Assembly (NCBI GenBank): GCA_944350425.1
Contig: CALVOX010000002.1
Span: 83,649-147,648 of the forward strand
Reading direction: 5' to 3'
Length of the DNA stretch: 64,000 bases
DNA from: an uncultured Bacilli bacterium
GTDB lineage: Bacteria > Bacillota_I > Bacilli_A > RFN20 > CAG-826
In this document: one piece after another, positions 61,322 through 64,000 of the stretch
Numbering within the stretch: position 1 is the stretch's first letter
How the letters are laid out: each line of letters opens with the position of its first letter
The notes under the pieces: generated by a model
Told to the model about the DNA's origin: nothing
Database searches by the model: none
Seen by the model: only the letters and a program-made list of their open reading frames with translations
Position numbers and translations under genes: made by a program

Positions 61322-62609
61322 TTATATAATTTTTAAAAGCCTCAATATCTTTAAGTGATCTATCAATGACTTTTGATTTGTCACCTCTATTTGCACCATA
61401 TATTATACCAAAATTAGCATTCATTGGTTGAAAATTATTTTTTCCGGTATGAGTAATATATCTAACTAATGCACCTAAAACCGTATTAAAAGATAATGGT
61501 TTGAAAGTTTTATTTCTAATCCTTAAATCTAAATATATAGCCGATAAAAGACCTGTTGCAGCACTTTCAACATATCCTTCGACACCTGAAAGTTGACCAG
61601 CAATAAAGATATTACTATTGACCTTTAAAGATAGATCATCGTTTAAAACAATTGGCGAAAATAGATAGGAATTTCGATGCATTAAACCATATCTAGCAAA
61701 CTTAGCATTTTCTAAGCCCGGTATTAATGAAAAGACTCTTTTTTGTTCTCCGTAAGTAAGATTAGTTTGAAATCCAACCATATTATAAAATTCTCCAATT
61801 AAATCATCTTGTCTTAATTGGACAACTGCATAATAATTCTTATCTTCATTCGTTAAGCCAACTGGTTTTAAAGGTCCAAATCTTAATGTATCAATACCTC
61901 TAGAAGCAATGACTTCAATTGGTAAACATCCTTCAAAATATTCTTTATCAATTTCGTGAAGATGAGCTTTTTTTGCATTTATTAAATTGTTATAAAAATT
62001 AAGGTATTCTTCTTTATTCATTCCACAATTGATATAAGAACCATCATTTTGGTGCGAATAACGATCTTTAGCAAATACTTTAGAAAAATCTATTGAATCT
62101 TTATAAATAATTGGGGCAGATGCATCATAAAAACCATAGACATCTTTCCCGGTTATATCGCTAATTTTATCTAATAAAGATTTTGAAGTTAAAGGTCCGG
62201 TAGCAATAATAGTATAACCATCTAAAATATCATTAACATCTTGATTAATTACTTCAATATTAGGATTGTTTCTTATTTTCTTATCTATATAATCAGCAAA
62301 AACGTTTCTATCAACAGCTAAAGCATCTCCAGAAGGTACTTCGCTAACTCTTGAAGCTTCCATAATTAAAGAACCTAAACGGTTAATTTCTTCTTTTAAT
62401 AGGCCGCATGCATTATCTAAATTTTTGTTTTTTAAAGAATTAGAACAAACAAGTTCTCCCATTTTAGAAGTTACATGAGCCTTATCATCTATTAAAGGTC
62501 TTCTTTCATAAAGTTTAACTTTATAACCTTTATTAGCTAAATAATTAGCTGCTTCACTTCCAGCAAGGCCGCCGCCAATAATATTGATATTAATTTCCTG
62601 ATTTTTCAT
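61314..62609 (-). CDS. trmFO: tRNA m5U54 methyltransferase TrmFO
   Basis: GGGLAGSEAA, ELVCSNSL, FEGCLPIE, VGFQT, GVEGYVES. Confidence 0.95.
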   Translation of the reverse strand: MKNQEININIIGGGLAGSEAANYLANKGYKVKLYERRPLIDDKAHVTSKMGELVCSNSLKNKNLDNACGLLKEEINRLGSLIMEASRVSEVPSGDALAVDRNVFADYIDKKIRNNPNIEVINQDVNDILDGYTIIATGPLTSKSLLDKISDITGKDVYGFYDASAPIIYKDSIDFSKVFAKDRYSHQNDGSYINCGMNKEEYLNFYNNLINAKKAHLHEIDKEYFEGCLPIEVIASRGIDTLRFGPLKPVGLTNEDKNYYAVVQLRQDDLIGEFYNMVGFQTNLTYGEQKRVFSLIPGLENAKFARYGLMHRNSYLFSPIVLNDDLSLKVNSNIFIAGQLSGVEGYVESAATGLLSAIYLDLRIRNKTFKPLSFNTVLGALVRYITHTGKNNFQPMNANFGIIYGANRGDKSKVIDRSLKDIEAFKNYIND

Positions 62610-63999
62610 TTTTTTCGTTAACTGATTCGGTATATCTACATTTAGGATAATTTGAACAACCTATAAATGTTGAACCTTTCTTATTTTTACGATAAACAAG
62701 AGGCGAACCACAATTCGGACAAGCTCTTCCAACCTCTTTCAAAGGTTCCTTTTCTTCTTTCTTTATGTATTTACAACTTGGATAATTTGAACAAGCAATA
62801 AATTTACCGTATTTTCCAATCTTTTCGACTAGTGGAGAGCCACAATTAGGGCATACTTCTCCTGTCTCTTTTGGAGGTTCTTTATACATTCTTTCCTTAA
62901 CATCATTAAATTCTTCAATAAAAGGATAATAGAAATCAGCAATGACTTTCTTTTCCTCAGCATTACCATTTTGAATCTCATCAAGGAGATTTTCCATATC
63001 GGCCGTATATTGAGTATTGATTAAGTTTGGAAAATATTTATCTAAAACTTTGGAAGTTAATTTTCCTTGTTCGGTTGGAGTTATTACTCCTTTAGTTGAA
63101 GTTATATATTTTCTAGCTTTCAAAGTTGCAATGGTTGAAGCATAAGTCGAAGGTCTACCAATACCTTTTTCTTCCATTAAATTAACTAATTTTCCTTCAC
63201 TATATCTAGCTGGAGGTTTAGTTTCGTCTTCTTTTATTTCTTTTGATGCAATTTTATAAGAATCATTTACTTTTAAAGATTTATCAAAAGTTAAATTAGA
63301 TAGTATTCCTTCATCTGCAGTTTTTTCATCAACTTTTAAAATATCATAACCTTTAAATAATGTTTCGCTTCCAGTTAATTTAAAAGTGCAATCATTATCA
63401 ACAAAATAAAAAGCTCTGGTTAAAATCTTTTTATCGCTCATTAAAGAAGCAAGGGTACGATTGTAAATAAGTTTATAAAGCTTATATGCATTATTTGAAA
63501 GATATTTTTTCATTAATTTTGGAGTTCTTGCTAAAGAAGTTGGGCGAATTGCTTCATGGGCATCTTGGGCGTTTTTAACTTCTTTTAATTTTCCTTGGCC
63601 TTTATAATATTCTTCCCCATAATTAGAGATAATATAGTCTTTAGCACTACTAATAAAAGTATCCGATAATTTAGTAGAATCAGTTCTAATATAAGTAATC
63701 AAGCCAACCAAGCCTTCATCAGTTTCAATACCTTCATAAAGTTCTTGAGCTAAAAAAGTAGTTTCTTTAGTTGAAAAACCATAAGAAGAGAAGGCACTTT
63801 GTTGCATTGTTGAAGTTCTAAAAGGTTCTTTTGATTTAATGCTTTTTTCTTTCTCTTCGATTTTATCTAGTATTAAGTTATCACTTAATGAATTTAAGGC
63901 TTTTAAAGCTTCTTCTTTATCCTTAAAGTTTTCTAGTTTGTCGTTTTTATATTTCACTAAAGTTAATGGATAGATTTGATTATCAATAAATGAAGAAAC
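62590..63999 (-). CDS. topA: DNA topoisomerase I (5' end outside window)
   Basis: AQELYEG, ITYIRTDS, QDAHEAIRPT, GIGRPSTYA, two C4 zinc ribbons. Frame stays open to the window edge. Confidence 0.96.
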   Translation of the reverse strand, partial: VSSFIDNQIYPLTLVKYKNDKLENFKDKEEALKALNSLSDNLILDKIEEKEKSIKSKEPFRTSTMQQSAFSSYGFSTKETTFLAQELYEGIETDEGLVGLITYIRTDSTKLSDTFISSAKDYIISNYGEEYYKGQGKLKEVKNAQDAHEAIRPTSLARTPKLMKKYLSNNAYKLYKLIYNRTLASLMSDKKILTRAFYFVDNDCTFKLTGSETLFKGYDILKVDEKTADEGILSNLTFDKSLKVNDSYKIASKEIKEDETKPPARYSEGKLVNLMEEKGIGRPSTYASTIATLKARKYITSTKGVITPTEQGKLTSKVLDKYFPNLINTQYTADMENLLDEIQNGNAEEKKVIADFYYPFIEEFNDVKERMYKEPPKETGEVCPNCGSPLVEKIGKYGKFIACSNYPSCKYIKKEEKEPLKEVGRACPNCGSPLVYRKNKKGSTFIGCSNYPKCRYTESVNEKNEKSGN

Positions 64000-64000
64000 T

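Overview
Very AT-rich bacterial chromosome segment, most consistent with a reduced-genome uncultured Bacilli/Mollicutes-like lineage (RFN20/RF39-type; inferred from PolC, CIRCE, many lipoproteins and a lipoprotein-type AtpF). The left part (about 1-27 kb) is accessory. It holds an McrBC restriction pair, three paralogous collagen-like/GLUG surface lipoproteins, a duplicated U32 gene 3' end bracketing a lipoprotein cassette, decayed ExeA and AAA_14 ATPase remnants, a nonsense-split amidohydrolase, MgtA and a subtilase/lipoprotein/XRE cluster. The right part is core: groESL, an EF-G paralog, the F1Fo operon, and topA-trmFO-xerC-rpsB-tsf-pyrH-frr-cdsA-dxr-rseP-polC, plus four tRNAs. There are two main findings. 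(1) A tRNA with a CCG anticodon has a tRNA-Trp-type body (no A20, A1:U72, G73), and the only four in-frame CGG codons I found sit in Trp-compatible contexts, which points to a CGG Arg->Trp genetic code. (2) All three collagen-like lipoprotein genes carry a poly(T) tract in the -35/-10 spacer (17, 11 and 19 bp spacers), which suggests a slipped-strand ON/OFF antigenic-variation family with one member ON. All calls come from reading the sequence by eye; no searches were run.
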